Origin: Candidatus Sericytochromatia bacterium
Lineage (GTDB): Bacteria > Cyanobacteriota > Sericytochromatia > S15B-MN24 > JAQBPE01
Direction of reading: 5' to 3'
Length of the DNA: 64,000 nt
Assembly (NCBI GenBank): GCA_040400605.1
Contig: JBBAPZ010000015.1
Location: 1 to 64,000, forward strand
Shown here: in pieces, positions 9,530 to 19,955 of the stretch
How the letters are laid out: each line of letters opens with the position of its first letter
Numbering within the stretch: position 1 is the stretch's first letter
Program-made: the position numbers and the translations under genes
The notes under the pieces: model-generated
Databases searched by the model: none
What the model was told of the DNA's origin: nothing
Seen by the model: the letters and a program-made list of their open reading frames with translations, nothing else

Positions 9530-10537
9530 ATGACAGCATCCTTGCCCTTCATTTCCGTCCTCGTGCCGGCGTACAACCGCCCGGACGCCTTGCGTCGCCT
9601 GCTTCTTGCCATCGAGGATCAAAGCTACCCGCCCTACCGCTTTGAGGTCATTGTCTGCGACGATGGTTCAACGCCTTCCTTGCTCGAAAGCATCGACCCG
9701 CGTGGCTATTCCTTTCCGCTTAAAATCATCGAAAAGCCCCATGCAGGGGCCGCCAGCGCCCGAAACCACGCCATCCGGCAGGCGGCAGGGACGATCGCAG
9801 TCTTTACCCACGACGACTGCATCCCCGATGCGGGCTGGCTGGATGCGATCGCCGAAGGCTTCCAATCCCCCAACACCCACACCCTCTACGGCCCCACCCA
9901 CGCGAACATCCCACCCATACAGCCCTTCTTGCTCAGTGCCCCGGGCGATCGCACCCACGGCCCCTCAAGCGCCAACCTGGCCGTGCGCCGTGACTTCCTC
10001 GTCCACATCAAATGCTTCGATGCCACCCTCTCAACCCCCCGCTACGAAGACGAAGACCTCGCCATCCGCCTGCAATCCGCCCACGGCCCTCTCGCCTGGT
10101 CTGAGACCATGCGCGTCGAACACACCCCGCGCCCCGGGACGATCGCACAAGCCTGGCAAACAGCCGCCGCCACGCGCGACATCCCCTATCTGGCAGGCAA
10201 ACACCCAGGCTTCGGCTATGACATCTTCGCTGGCCTGCTCAAGCGCAGCGCCATCAAAAGCGTATTGGTTTTCGGCATCCTTGCGCCGTTGTTTGTGCCT
10301 GCACCCTTTGGCTGGCTTGGCCCCCTCGGCTGGGTCGCACTGCTCACCTGGCAAGCCCTGCGGCTCAAACCGCTCGTCGGGCTCGCCCAAGACCATGGTG
10401 TCAGCATTCCGCGGCAATTTATGCTTTGGTACCTGTTTTGTGAATGGGCGCTGGACTTTAAAAGCCTGGCGGCTTACGTATCAGGCTGGGCTGTCAGGCG
10501 ATCGCCCCACACCGAATTCGACGACGAATTCGTCTAA
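9530..10537 (+). CDS. GT2 glycosyltransferase with C-terminal membrane helices
   Basis: ISVLVPAYNR, VIVCDDGS, GAASARN, HDDC, EDEDL motifs. Confidence 0.85.
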   Translation: MTASLPFISVLVPAYNRPDALRRLLLAIEDQSYPPYRFEVIVCDDGSTPSLLESIDPRGYSFPLKIIEKPHAGAASARNHAIRQAAGTIAVFTHDDCIPDAGWLDAIAEGFQSPNTHTLYGPTHANIPPIQPFLLSAPGDRTHGPSSANLAVRRDFLVHIKCFDATLSTPRYEDEDLAIRLQSAHGPLAWSETMRVEHTPRPGTIAQAWQTAAATRDIPYLAGKHPGFGYDIFAGLLKRSAIKSVLVFGILAPLFVPAPFGWLGPLGWVALLTWQALRLKPLVGLAQDHGVSIPRQFMLWYLFCEWALDFKSLAAYVSGWAVRRSPHTEFDDEFV

Positions 10538-10727
10538 CCCGTCCGCCCAGAACACATCGCCAACACCGTGCGATCGCCCCAAATGACCTTGTGAGCCTGC
10601 CAGCACCCTGCTACCATAATCCCGTCCAACGCTTGGCCAATGGTTTGGTTCACCGATCCGGCATCGTCAGCGTGGTTTAAAGAGTTCGATAACCAGCGTG
10701 TGCTGGTTTCTGCGGGGGAATGAGCAG

Positions 10728-11579
10728 ATGGCCCATCCACAACCAACTTTGTCCGACCAGGCTCAGCTTGCGCGCACGGCGTGGCGGTTGCGTGAAGATG
10801 TGTTGACGATGATCGCAAAAGCGGGGTCCGGGCATCCCGGTGGCTCGCTATCCGCCATCGACATCATCACGGTGCTGTATCTGGCCGTGTTGCGGCATGA
10901 CCCCCGGCAGCCTTTATGGGAGGGGCGCGATCGCTTCATCCTCAGCAAGGGCCACGCCTGTCCGGCGCTGTATGCGGTGCTGGCCGAATGCGGCTACTTC
11001 GACCGGTCGTTGTTCGACAACTTCCGGCAATTGGGCTCGCCTTTGCAGGGCCATCCGGAGTTGGGCCGGCTGGCTGGGGTGGAGGCGTCGACCGGGTCTT
11101 TGGGACAGGGCCTGTCCATTGGGCTTGGGATGGCGGAGGGTGCGCGCATCACGGGGCGTGACGCGCGGGTGTATGTGCTGACGGGCGATGGTGAACTGGA
11201 TGAAGGTCAGGTGTGGGAAGCGGCGCTGTATGCCGGGGCGCGGCAGTTAAGCAATCTGGTGGCGATTGTGGATGTGAACGGGCAGCAGTTGGATGACACC
11301 ACCGAGCGCCTGATGCCGCTTGAGCCGTTGGCTGCCAAGTGGGAGGCCTTCCGGTGGCATGTGGTGTCTGTGGATGGGCACGACACGGGCGCCTTGCTGG
11401 AGGCGTTTGAGGCGGCCAAGCGGGTGAGCGATCGCCCCACGGTGATTCTGGCAAAGACCATCAAGGGGCGCGGTGTGTCCTTTATGGAAGACAACCTGGA
11501 ATGGCACGGCCAGGCGCCCAACGCGGCGCAACTGGAACAGGCGCTCGCCGAACTCCGCGCGCATCGCGCAAGCTTGTAA
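10728..11579 (+). CDS. Transketolase, N-terminal (TPP-binding) subunit
   Basis: GSGHPGGSLS, DRFILSKGH, TGSLGQGL, GDGELDEGQVWEA motifs. Confidence 0.95.
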   Translation: MAHPQPTLSDQAQLARTAWRLREDVLTMIAKAGSGHPGGSLSAIDIITVLYLAVLRHDPRQPLWEGRDRFILSKGHACPALYAVLAECGYFDRSLFDNFRQLGSPLQGHPELGRLAGVEASTGSLGQGLSIGLGMAEGARITGRDARVYVLTGDGELDEGQVWEAALYAGARQLSNLVAIVDVNGQQLDDTTERLMPLEPLAAKWEAFRWHVVSVDGHDTGALLEAFEAAKRVSDRPTVILAKTIKGRGVSFMEDNLEWHGQAPNAAQLEQALAELRAHRASL

Positions 11580-11593
11580 GGGGGGATTCACGC

Positions 11594-12574
11594 ATGACCA
11601 CGAGTACCAAAACCCGTCCCTTGGGGCCTGCCACCCGTGACGCCTATGGCGAAGCCCTGGTGGAACTCGGGCGCCTGAACCCCGCGGTGGTGGTGTTGGA
11701 TGCCGACTTGTCCAAGTCAACCAAGAGCAATGGCTTTGCCAAGGCGTTTCCGGAGCGGTTTATGAACGTGGGCATCGCGGAGGCGAACATGGTGAGCATG
11801 GCGGCGGGTTTGGCCAGTTGCGGCCTGATTCCGTTTGCGAGTTCGTTCGCGTCGTTTTTGATGGCTAAATCGTTCGACCAGTTGCGGATGGGCGTAGCCA
11901 ACCCGCGGGTGAACGCCAAGTTTGTGGGTTCGCACGGCGGTATTTCGCTGGGTGAGGATGGCGCGTCGCAGCAGAGTGTGGAAGACCTGGCGTTGGCGGT
12001 GGCGTTGCCGCATATGGCTGTGTTGGTGCCGGCGGATGCCGTGGCGGCCAAGGCGTTGACCTTTGTGGCGGCGGCGCATGCGGGGCCTGTGTTTATGCGG
12101 ACGGGCCGACCCAAGGCGGCGCTTGTGCACGCGCCGGATGCGGTGTTTGCGGTGGGGGGGTCCCATACTTTGCGCACGGGGCGGGATTTGACGATTGTGG
12201 CCAACGGCTTGATGGTGCATGAGGCGTTGTGCGCGGCGGAGATGGCTGAGGACTTGGGTTTGAGCGTCGGTGTGATTGATGCGTACAGTGTGAAGCCCTT
12301 GGATGAGGCAAGCATCGTGAAGGCGGCGGCGGACAGTGGGGCGCTACTGGTTGTGGAAGAGCATTTGACAAGCGGTGCGTTGGGGGCTGCGGTGGCGCAG
12401 GTGTGTGCGAGGCTTCGGCCGGTACCGATGGCGTTTGTCGGGTTGCAGGATACCTATGCGGAAAGTGGGACGCCGGAGGCGTTGCTTGAGCATTTTGGCC
12501 TGAGCGCGCGTCATGTGTTGATGGCGCTGCAGGAGCTGCTTGTGCGCAAGCAGGCATTGATGGCTGGCGCGTGA
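11594..12574 (+). CDS. Transketolase, C-terminal subunit
   Basis: DADLSKST, NVGIAEANM, GEDGASQQ, VKPLD, VEEH motifs. Confidence 0.93.
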   Translation: MTTSTKTRPLGPATRDAYGEALVELGRLNPAVVVLDADLSKSTKSNGFAKAFPERFMNVGIAEANMVSMAAGLASCGLIPFASSFASFLMAKSFDQLRMGVANPRVNAKFVGSHGGISLGEDGASQQSVEDLALAVALPHMAVLVPADAVAAKALTFVAAAHAGPVFMRTGRPKAALVHAPDAVFAVGGSHTLRTGRDLTIVANGLMVHEALCAAEMAEDLGLSVGVIDAYSVKPLDEASIVKAAADSGALLVVEEHLTSGALGAAVAQVCARLRPVPMAFVGLQDTYAESGTPEALLEHFGLSARHVLMALQELLVRKQALMAGA

Positions 12575-13638
12575 GCGAGCAAGCGGGTCAAGCGCGGCCT
12601 TACGGGCCGATCACCGCCGAATTGCCGCATGAGCAGGCGCACGTTGACGAGCCTGAGGATCCGGGGCCGGAGGTGGTGATTAGCCGCCCAAGTCCGGATG
12701 CACCGTTGATTTGTGTGGTGTACAACCCCACGGCGGGCTCGGGGTTGGTGCGCAGGCGGGTGAGCATTGAGGATGTGACGGCGCGGTTTTTGGCGGCAGG
12801 TTTTGCGGTGGGGACGATCGCCACGCGCTTTGCGGGGGATGGGGCCGCGGCGGCGCGGGTGGGTTTAAGACAGGTGCCGCATGCGGTGGTTGCGATGGGG
12901 GGCGATGGGACCATCAACGAGGTGGTGCAGAGCCTGGCGCGGCAAGCGGTGCCGTTGGGCATCATTCCGGCGGGAACGATCAATGTGTTGGCGCAGGAGT
13001 TAGGGTTGCCGTCGGATCCGATGGAGGCGGTGGATGCGATTGTGCGGGGGGTGCCGCGGGTGATTGATTTGGGGATTGCCAATGGCCGGTATTTCACGAT
13101 GATGATCGGCCTTGGGTATGACGCGCAATCGACGCTTGCGATGATTCCGATCCTCAAGCAATGGACGGGGCCTGTGGCTTACATGGCGGCGGCGTTGCAG
13201 TCGTTCATTACGCATCGGGCCGTGCGGACGGTGATACGGGTGGGCGAGGGGAAAAAGGCCAAACGCTTGCGGCGTCTGGTGTACATGATGGTTGTGAGCA
13301 ATACGGGGCTGTATGCGGGGGGCATCCTCAAGTTTACGCCGGATGCCAGTTTGGCGGATGGTTTGCTGGATTGTTGCGTGATTCGCTCCAAGCGCTGGTA
13401 TCAGGTGCTGACGCACTTTGCGCTGAGTTTGGCGGGGCGTTTGGGTCAAGTGAATGATGTAGAGATTTTTCAGGCGCGCAGCCTGAGTATTCGCACGTCG
13501 CGCCCGTTTCCCTATCAGTTGGATGGGGATCCCGTGGGAACGACGCCCGTAAAGGTTGTGATCGCAGAAGGTGCATTGCGTGTCTTGTGTTTGCCAACGG
13601 AGCCCGTGGCAACCAAGGCTGAGGGCGGTATGCTATGA
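12571..13638 (+). CDS. Diacylglycerol/lipid kinase family protein (YegS/DgkB-like)
   Basis: YNPTAG, GGDGTINEV, IPAGTINVLA, QLDGD motifs. Confidence 0.9.
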   Translation: MSEQAGQARPYGPITAELPHEQAHVDEPEDPGPEVVISRPSPDAPLICVVYNPTAGSGLVRRRVSIEDVTARFLAAGFAVGTIATRFAGDGAAAARVGLRQVPHAVVAMGGDGTINEVVQSLARQAVPLGIIPAGTINVLAQELGLPSDPMEAVDAIVRGVPRVIDLGIANGRYFTMMIGLGYDAQSTLAMIPILKQWTGPVAYMAAALQSFITHRAVRTVIRVGEGKKAKRLRRLVYMMVVSNTGLYAGGILKFTPDASLADGLLDCCVIRSKRWYQVLTHFALSLAGRLGQVNDVEIFQARSLSIRTSRPFPYQLDGDPVGTTPVKVVIAEGALRVLCLPTEPVATKAEGGML

Positions 13639-13694
13639 TGCACCCATTCAGACGCTGGCAGTGCCTGTTAAAGGGGCGCCTGGACGAGGTTTAA

Positions 13695-13937
13695 GTGATG
13701 CTTGGGATGTTTTGGGACTCGATACGGAGCAACCCGGGTCCGTTGATTGGGGTGTTGTTCACGACGGCGACCTTGGTGTTTGTGTTGCTGTTTGCGCACA
13801 AGACGGATCGCCCGGAAATCGCGAAGCGGTATTTGATTGAAGAGGAGGGCGTGACGGATCCTGTGAGCGGCTCAGGTGTTGCCGCGGATGGGGGTGTTAC
13901 GTCGGATGTCACAGATTCAGGCCCGAAGGGGGCTTAA
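13695..13937 (+). CDS. Small single-TM hypothetical protein
   Basis: GAGG SD, one hydrophobic segment (LIGVLFTTATLVFVLLF), fills the gap between co-oriented genes. Confidence 0.5.
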   Translation: MMLGMFWDSIRSNPGPLIGVLFTTATLVFVLLFAHKTDRPEIAKRYLIEEEGVTDPVSGSGVAADGGVTSDVTDSGPKGA

Positions 13938-14009
13938 CGTAAAAATTGGTATTTTGACGACAAGGTAGAGACAAGTTGATTCTGCCATCAATGAGGAAGC
14001 GAGCAGAGC

Positions 14010-16172
14010 GTGGCCAAAAACCTGGTAATTGTTGAATCTCCGGCCAAGGCCAAAACCATCGCGAAGATTTTGGGCAAGGATTTTCAGGTGAAGGCCTCGG
14101 CGGGCCACATTCGCGATTTGCCCAAAAAGGGTTTGGGCGTTGATATCAAGAAGAATTTCAGCCCCAAGTACGAGGTGTTGGCGGAGAAGTCCGAGGTGGT
14201 GCGGGATTTGCAGGATGCCGCCAATCGGGCGAAGGTAGTGTACCTGGCACCTGACCCGGATCGCGAGGGCGAGGCGATCGCCTGGCACTTGGCGGCTGTG
14301 TTGAGTGAGGTGGATGCGCAGCCCACGCTGAAGCGGATTGAATTTAACGAGATTACCAAGGATGCGATTCAGCGGGCGATCAAGAACCCGCGGGATATCG
14401 ATACGGGGCGCGTGGATGCGCAGCAGGCGCGGCGGGTGTTGGATCGGCTCGTTGGTTACAAGATTTCGCCGTTGCTGTGGCAAAAGGTGCGTCGTGGCTT
14501 GTCGGCCGGACGCGTGCAGTCGGTGACGGTGCGTTTGATTTGTGATCGCGAACGTGAGATTCAGGCGTTTGTGCCGCAAGAGTACTGGAGTGTGCATGCG
14601 GAGCTGCAAAAAGGGGGGCAATCCGCGTTTGTTGCGGAGTTGGCGAAATGGCAGGGCAAGAAGCCGGTTTTATCGAGTGAGGGCGTGACTGGCGCGATTG
14701 TGACGGCACTGAAGGCGGCAACGTATGTAGTTGGCAGCATCACGACGAAGGAGCAGAAGCGTCAGCCGGCGGCACCGTTTATCACGTCGTCGCTGCAGCA
14801 GGAGGCGTCGCGGCGGCATGGGTTTACGGTGAAGCGTACCATGGCTTTGGCGCAGCAATTGTATGAAGGCATTGAATTGGGTGCCGAGGGCCCGGTGGGT
14901 TTGATCACGTATATGCGAACGGATTCGATTCGCGTGGCGAAAGAGGCGCAGACGGAAGCGAAGGCTTATATCACAGAGCGCTGGGGCGAGGGTTATATCC
15001 CGAAGTCTGCGCGGGCGTTCAAATCGAAGAAGGGTGCGCAGGATGCGCACGAGGCGATACGGCCGACGTCAGTTGTGCGCACGCCGGAGTCGGTTAAAAA
15101 GAACCTGACGCCGGATCAGCTCAAATTGTATCGCTTGATCTGGGAGCGTTTTTTGGCGTCCCAGATGGAAAATGCGACCTTGTCGGTTGTGACGGTGGAA
15201 ATTGGGGCGGGGGATGGCATTTTCCGCGTGAGTGATACCAAAGTGGTGTTTCCGGGTTATCAGGTCTTGTATATCGAGTTGAGTGAGCGTGAGGGTGAAG
15301 AGGAAGCACAGGCGCCGAAGTTGCCGGAATTGGCACAAGGGGATGTGTTGAATTTGTTGGCTTTGACGCCGAAGCAGCACTTCACGCAGCCGCCGCCGCG
15401 TTATACGGAGGCGAGTTTGGTGAAGACCTTGGAAGAGCAGGGTATCGGGCGGCCGTCGACCTATGCGCCAACCATCGCGACCGTGCAGGACCGGGGTTAT
15501 GTGGAGAAAGATGGGCGGGCGCTGAAGCCGACCGAGTTGGGGGTGCAGGTAAACGAGCAACTGGTGACGCATTTCCCGAACATCGTGGATGTCGGCTTTA
15601 CGGCGGATATGGAAAACAAGCTCGATTCCGTGGAGGATGGGGCGGAGGCGTGGCAGCATCTGATCAAGAATTTTTACACGCCTTTTGCGGAGACCTTGAA
15701 GGTTGCGGCGAAGGAAATGAAGCCGGTGGCGATCCCCTCGGGCATCAATTGCGACTTGTGCGGCAAGGAGTATTGGATCAAGAGCGGCCGTTTCGGGGAA
15801 TTTTTGGCGTGTTCGGATTACCCGACATGCAAGGGCACGAAGCCTTTGATCAAGCGCATCGGGTTGAGTTGTCCGACGTGCACGACGGGGGATGTGATCA
15901 TCAAAAAGTCGCGGACAGGCAAGACCTTTTATGGGTGTGAGCGGTGGCCTGATTGCAGTTTTACGTCGTGGGACCAGCCAACGAACACGCCGTGTGTGAA
16001 GTGTCAGTCATTGACGGTCATCAAGCGTGCCAAAAATGGGCGTGAGTTCGTGTTATGTACGAATGCCGAATGCAAGGCCATCAGCAATGTGCCCAAGAAG
16101 AAGGCGGCTGCGGGCACGCCGGAAACGGGCGCACAGGAGGGCCCGGAAGGCGTGGAGGCGGCCACGCAATGA
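14010..16172 (+). CDS. topA: DNA topoisomerase I
   Basis: IVESPAKAKTI, DPDREGEAIAWH, SAGRVQS, ITYMRTDS, QDAHEAIRP, GIGRPSTY, C-terminal zinc ribbons. Confidence 0.98.
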   Translation: MAKNLVIVESPAKAKTIAKILGKDFQVKASAGHIRDLPKKGLGVDIKKNFSPKYEVLAEKSEVVRDLQDAANRAKVVYLAPDPDREGEAIAWHLAAVLSEVDAQPTLKRIEFNEITKDAIQRAIKNPRDIDTGRVDAQQARRVLDRLVGYKISPLLWQKVRRGLSAGRVQSVTVRLICDREREIQAFVPQEYWSVHAELQKGGQSAFVAELAKWQGKKPVLSSEGVTGAIVTALKAATYVVGSITTKEQKRQPAAPFITSSLQQEASRRHGFTVKRTMALAQQLYEGIELGAEGPVGLITYMRTDSIRVAKEAQTEAKAYITERWGEGYIPKSARAFKSKKGAQDAHEAIRPTSVVRTPESVKKNLTPDQLKLYRLIWERFLASQMENATLSVVTVEIGAGDGIFRVSDTKVVFPGYQVLYIELSEREGEEEAQAPKLPELAQGDVLNLLALTPKQHFTQPPPRYTEASLVKTLEEQGIGRPSTYAPTIATVQDRGYVEKDGRALKPTELGVQVNEQLVTHFPNIVDVGFTADMENKLDSVEDGAEAWQHLIKNFYTPFAETLKVAAKEMKPVAIPSGINCDLCGKEYWIKSGRFGEFLACSDYPTCKGTKPLIKRIGLSCPTCTTGDVIIKKSRTGKTFYGCERWPDCSFTSWDQPTNTPCVKCQSLTVIKRAKNGREFVLCTNAECKAISNVPKKKAAAGTPETGAQEGPEGVEAATQ

Positions 16173-16203
16173 GCATGGCGTGGCCAGTCAAGGAATGTGC
16201 AGG

Positions 16204-18021
16204 ATGGCGAGTGTGATGCAGTCTGAAGCCAAGCCGCGTTGGGATCTGACGCGTCTATACGCCGGTCCCGCCGATCCGTTTTTGGTGGGGGATCGCGAGC
16301 GGGCGCGGGAATTGGTGCGTAGCTTCGTGGAACGCTACCGCAACCAGGTCAGCACGTTGGACAGTGTGGCATTGTCACAGGCCCTGGATGAGATGGAAAC
16401 GCCTGTGGCCTTGCTGGATCGTCTGGCGGGATATACCTGGCTGCTGTTTTACACAGATACACGGGATGAGGCTGCGCGGGCCTTGTATCAAGACGTTTGG
16501 GCCGAGTACACGATGCTCAAGACCGAACTGGATCATTTTAAGACCGAGCTCAAATACCTGTCTATCGAGGCGATGACCCAACACCTTGAGGCACCGGTGC
16601 TTGAGCGCTATCGCTACTGGCTGACACGCATTTTTGACTCGGCGCCGTATGCGCGGCCCAGCAATGAAGAGCGAATTTTGGCCAATCGAACCATCACGGG
16701 AGTGAATGCGTGGTGTCAACTTTTGACGGAAAGTCTGGCACGCTTGCGCCTGACGGTGATGGTGGATGGGCAACCCCATACGGTGAGTGTGTCAGAAGCC
16801 CGGGGCTACCGGAGTGATTTGAACCGCGCCATCCGCGACGAGGCGCATCAACGGATCCTGGCGGCCTTCGCGGGTGAAAGTCACTTGCTGACTTACATTT
16901 TCAACACCTTGATGCAAGAGTATCTGGATGAACTCTCGATTCGCAACATGACGGATTTGTTGACGCCGCGGTTACTCGAATACGATCTCAGCCGGGCGGC
17001 GGTGGATTCGTTGTTGCAGACAACCCGCAAGCATTATGGCCTGAGTGGTCGTTATTATCGGAGCAAGGCCCGCTTGCTCGGCATCGCGGAATTTGGGGTG
17101 TGCGATTTGGTTGCGCCACCGTCGATTCACCATAGTCAGGTGTCGTTCAATACGGCACGGGTTTTGGTGCAAGAGTCGTTGCGGCAATTTTCACCCGAGT
17201 TTGCCGACATGGCGGAACGGTTTTTTGCGGAAGCGTACATTGATGCGTTTCCGGCGCCTGGCAAACCGTCGGGTTCGATCGCGTTTGGCTTGGGGCCAAC
17301 GGTACACCCTTATTTATTCCTGAACTATACATCGTCCGTGCGTGACGTGGTGTTGCTGGCGCACGAGTTGGGACACGGGTTGCACTTTTTGATGGCGGCC
17401 AGGAAGCAGGGCGTGCTGAACGCCTACAGCACGTCACCCATGTTGGAAACGGTGTCCATTTTTACAGAGATGCTGACGGCGGAGCATTTGTTGACGTTGG
17501 AGCCTGATCCCCACGTGCGCATCCATGTGTTGGCTGCCCAGATTGAAAATGCGTTGCTCAATGTGATGCGCCAGACGATGTACACCGAATGGGAGCTTGC
17601 CGTTTACACCAAGCGTCAGGCGGGTTTTGTGAGTGCGGCGGAGCTCAACGGTTGTTGGCTTGATGCACACAAGGCGCTGTATGGTGATTCGGTTCAGGTA
17701 ACGGAGGCTGACGGTTGGGGTTGGCTGAACAATCCTTATTTTTTCACCACCCGCTTCGGCAATTTCAGTTATGCGTTTGGCCAATTGTTGGTTTTGAGTC
17801 TGTTCACGCAATTTAAGCGGCAGGGCAAGGATTTTGTGAATCGCTTCATGGATATGCTGGAGCAGGGGGGATCGGAATCCCCTGCGCACTTGCTGGCGCG
17901 CATCGGCATTGATATCGAGAACCCGCAGTGTTGGGAAAAAGGCTTCGTTGTGTTGGAAGAGCTCATCGAAGAATTTGAGCGCGCCGTGGATGAATTGACG
18001 CCCGAGGCGGGGTCTACCTGA
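16204..18021 (+). CDS. pepF: M3B oligoendopeptidase F-like peptidase
   Basis: WDLTRLY N-terminus, IDAFPAPGK, LAHELGHGLH (HExxH), FSYAFG. Start uncertain. Confidence 0.85.
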   Translation: MASVMQSEAKPRWDLTRLYAGPADPFLVGDRERARELVRSFVERYRNQVSTLDSVALSQALDEMETPVALLDRLAGYTWLLFYTDTRDEAARALYQDVWAEYTMLKTELDHFKTELKYLSIEAMTQHLEAPVLERYRYWLTRIFDSAPYARPSNEERILANRTITGVNAWCQLLTESLARLRLTVMVDGQPHTVSVSEARGYRSDLNRAIRDEAHQRILAAFAGESHLLTYIFNTLMQEYLDELSIRNMTDLLTPRLLEYDLSRAAVDSLLQTTRKHYGLSGRYYRSKARLLGIAEFGVCDLVAPPSIHHSQVSFNTARVLVQESLRQFSPEFADMAERFFAEAYIDAFPAPGKPSGSIAFGLGPTVHPYLFLNYTSSVRDVVLLAHELGHGLHFLMAARKQGVLNAYSTSPMLETVSIFTEMLTAEHLLTLEPDPHVRIHVLAAQIENALLNVMRQTMYTEWELAVYTKRQAGFVSAAELNGCWLDAHKALYGDSVQVTEADGWGWLNNPYFFTTRFGNFSYAFGQLLVLSLFTQFKRQGKDFVNRFMDMLEQGGSESPAHLLARIGIDIENPQCWEKGFVVLEELIEEFERAVDELTPEAGST

Positions 18022-18087
18022 CACCAACGGACGTCACGCGACCGGGCGATCGCTTCCGGGTTCGCCAAACCACCCACGCACACCGCA

Positions 18088-18888
18088 TCACCGCTTGCTG
18101 TTTTCGCCGGCCACTTGCAAAAAGCGGTGCATGTCTTTCATGTTTTGCTCGGCATACTGGTGGGTCATGCTCATCAAATTGGGTAACAACAAAAGCAACA
18201 AAATGAGTCCGGATACCGGCTTGGCGATGGTCACCAGGTCCTGGGTCAAGCTGCTCGCTTGCTGCGCCACTTTGCTCATGTAACCGACCCCCAATTCCGC
18301 CACAAACACAACGGTCACCATTGGCAAGGCCAGTTGAATCGTGATGGCTAAAAACGCACCGCTTGCCAGGATGACCTGCGCACCCACGGCAGGAGAGAGC
18401 ACAAAGCTACCGATGGGTACCAACGCGAAAGACTGGACGAAGCCGCCAATCAACCACAGATGCCCGCCAAACACCATAAAAATCAAAATGGCAATATTGA
18501 AATAAAACGTGCCCATCGCATTCACGTTCGTTTTGGTAAACGGGTTTTGCACGCTGGCTGAGGACAAACCGGCTTGGACACCGCCCAGTTCGCCCGCGGA
18601 TTGAATGGCCAGGAACATGATGTTTGCGGAATACCCAAGGATGAAGCCCAACGCCAATTCGGTCATCGCGACGATCACAAAACCAAGCAGTTGCTGCGGC
18701 AGTGCAGCCGTTGCCGGCATCTGCGTCATCGCAACCAGGCTGATGCCGGCAATGAGGCTCATCCGCACGGGCGCTGGTAAGTTACGATTGCTCAGTACCG
18801 GTGCCTGCATAAACAAACCAATGGCACGGGAGACAACCATGATGAAGGTAGGCACAGTCAGGGCCAGATACGCGACCAAGGCCTCCAT
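18088..18888 (-). CDS. fliR: Divergent FliR paralog (second export gate)
   Basis: Hydrophobic FliR pattern (P.LS.R..P..VR, ELALGFILG, AGELGG.Q.GL, GGHLWLI...SF..VP); TGATG coupling to the fliQ paralog. Confidence 0.85.
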   Translation of the reverse strand: MEALVAYLALTVPTFIMVVSRAIGLFMQAPVLSNRNLPAPVRMSLIAGISLVAMTQMPATAALPQQLLGFVIVAMTELALGFILGYSANIMFLAIQSAGELGGVQAGLSSASVQNPFTKTNVNAMGTFYFNIAILIFMVFGGHLWLIGGFVQSFALVPIGSFVLSPAVGAQVILASGAFLAITIQLALPMVTVVFVAELGVGYMSKVAQQASSLTQDLVTIAKPVSGLILLLLLLPNLMSMTHQYAEQNMKDMHRFLQVAGENSKR

Positions 18889-19157
18889 CACGGCACCATG
18901 GCAGGTATCTGCCCAAACAGGCGTGTGACGTAGCCTACGACCGTGTTCAACATCCACGGTGCCACGAGCACGAGCACGAGCAAAACGGCGATCGCCTTGG
19001 GCACGAACGACAAGGTCTGTTCCTGAATCGAGGTGATCGTCTGCAACAGCGCGACAATAAAACCGACCACCAAACCTGTCAATAACATCGGTGCTGACAA
19101 AAGCAGCACCAGGATGATTCCCTGGGTCAGGACAGTCAAGACAAATCCGGTGGTCAA
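18888..19157 (-). CDS. fliQ: FliQ paralog
   Basis: LLQTITSIQEQTLSFVPK motif, 89 aa. Confidence 0.92.
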   Translation of the reverse strand: MTTGFVLTVLTQGIILVLLLSAPMLLTGLVVGFIVALLQTITSIQEQTLSFVPKAIAVLLVLVLVAPWMLNTVVGYVTRLFGQIPAMVP

Positions 19158-19172
19158 GGCCGCCCCCTCAGG

Positions 19173-19955
19173 TCATCGATAACTGCGCACCAACGCTTCA
19201 ATCAGCAAGTGCCACCCATTGGCCAAGGAAAAAATCAGCACCTTGAACGGTGGCGCCAACGATTGGGTCTGCAGTTGTTGCATGCCAAGGGCCATGATGA
19301 CGTTGGTGATGACGAGGTCCACGACAATAAAGGGCAAGTAGACGATGAAGCCGATTTTAAAACCCGTCGCGACCTCGCTGATCATGAAAGCGGGCACCAC
19401 CACGTGCATCGGGACATCTTCCGGCTTGCGTGGATCCGGCAACTTCGCCAACCGCAAAAAAAACGCCAGTTCCTGCTGGTTCGTTTGCTTGATCATGAAA
19501 TTCTTGAGCGGCACTTGGGCCTTCTCGTACGCCATTTCCTGCGTCATCTTGTTGTTCAAAAAAGGCACAATGGCATCCCGGTTGACCGCATCCCAGGTAG
19601 GCGCCATGACGTACATGCTCAAAAACAAGGCCATGCCGATGATCACCTGACCAGGGGGAACGTTTTGCAAACCCGTCGCCTGTTTCAGAAAAGCCAACAC
19701 CACTACAATACGAATAAATGGCGTGGTGGCAATGAAAAGGAAAGGCAGCAAAGTCAGGGCTGCGACCAGAAAAATTAATTGCAACGGCGTGGACAAACCA
19801 GGCGATTGCAGAGGCGCTCGGAGATCAAAGCTGCTCATCACCGTGGCGGCGTCCGCGGCACGCGTGGCGCACCAAGCTTCAGAAGGCCACAAACACACCG
19901 TCAGGAGTGCCAGGGCAAACAAGCCGACGCTCAAAACCCGGTTATGCTTCGTCAC
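19173..19955 (-). CDS. fliP: Divergent FliP paralog with MQQ in place of the MMM gate
   Basis: FIRIVVVLAFLKQATG.QNVPP.QV, PAFMISE, FKIGF.VYLPFIVVDLV, PFK...NGW. Confidence 0.9.
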   Translation of the reverse strand: MTKHNRVLSVGLFALALLTVCLWPSEAWCATRAADAATVMSSFDLRAPLQSPGLSTPLQLIFLVAALTLLPFLFIATTPFIRIVVVLAFLKQATGLQNVPPGQVIIGMALFLSMYVMAPTWDAVNRDAIVPFLNNKMTQEMAYEKAQVPLKNFMIKQTNQQELAFFLRLAKLPDPRKPEDVPMHVVVPAFMISEVATGFKIGFIVYLPFIVVDLVITNVIMALGMQQLQTQSLAPPFKVLIFSLANGWHLLIEALVRSYR

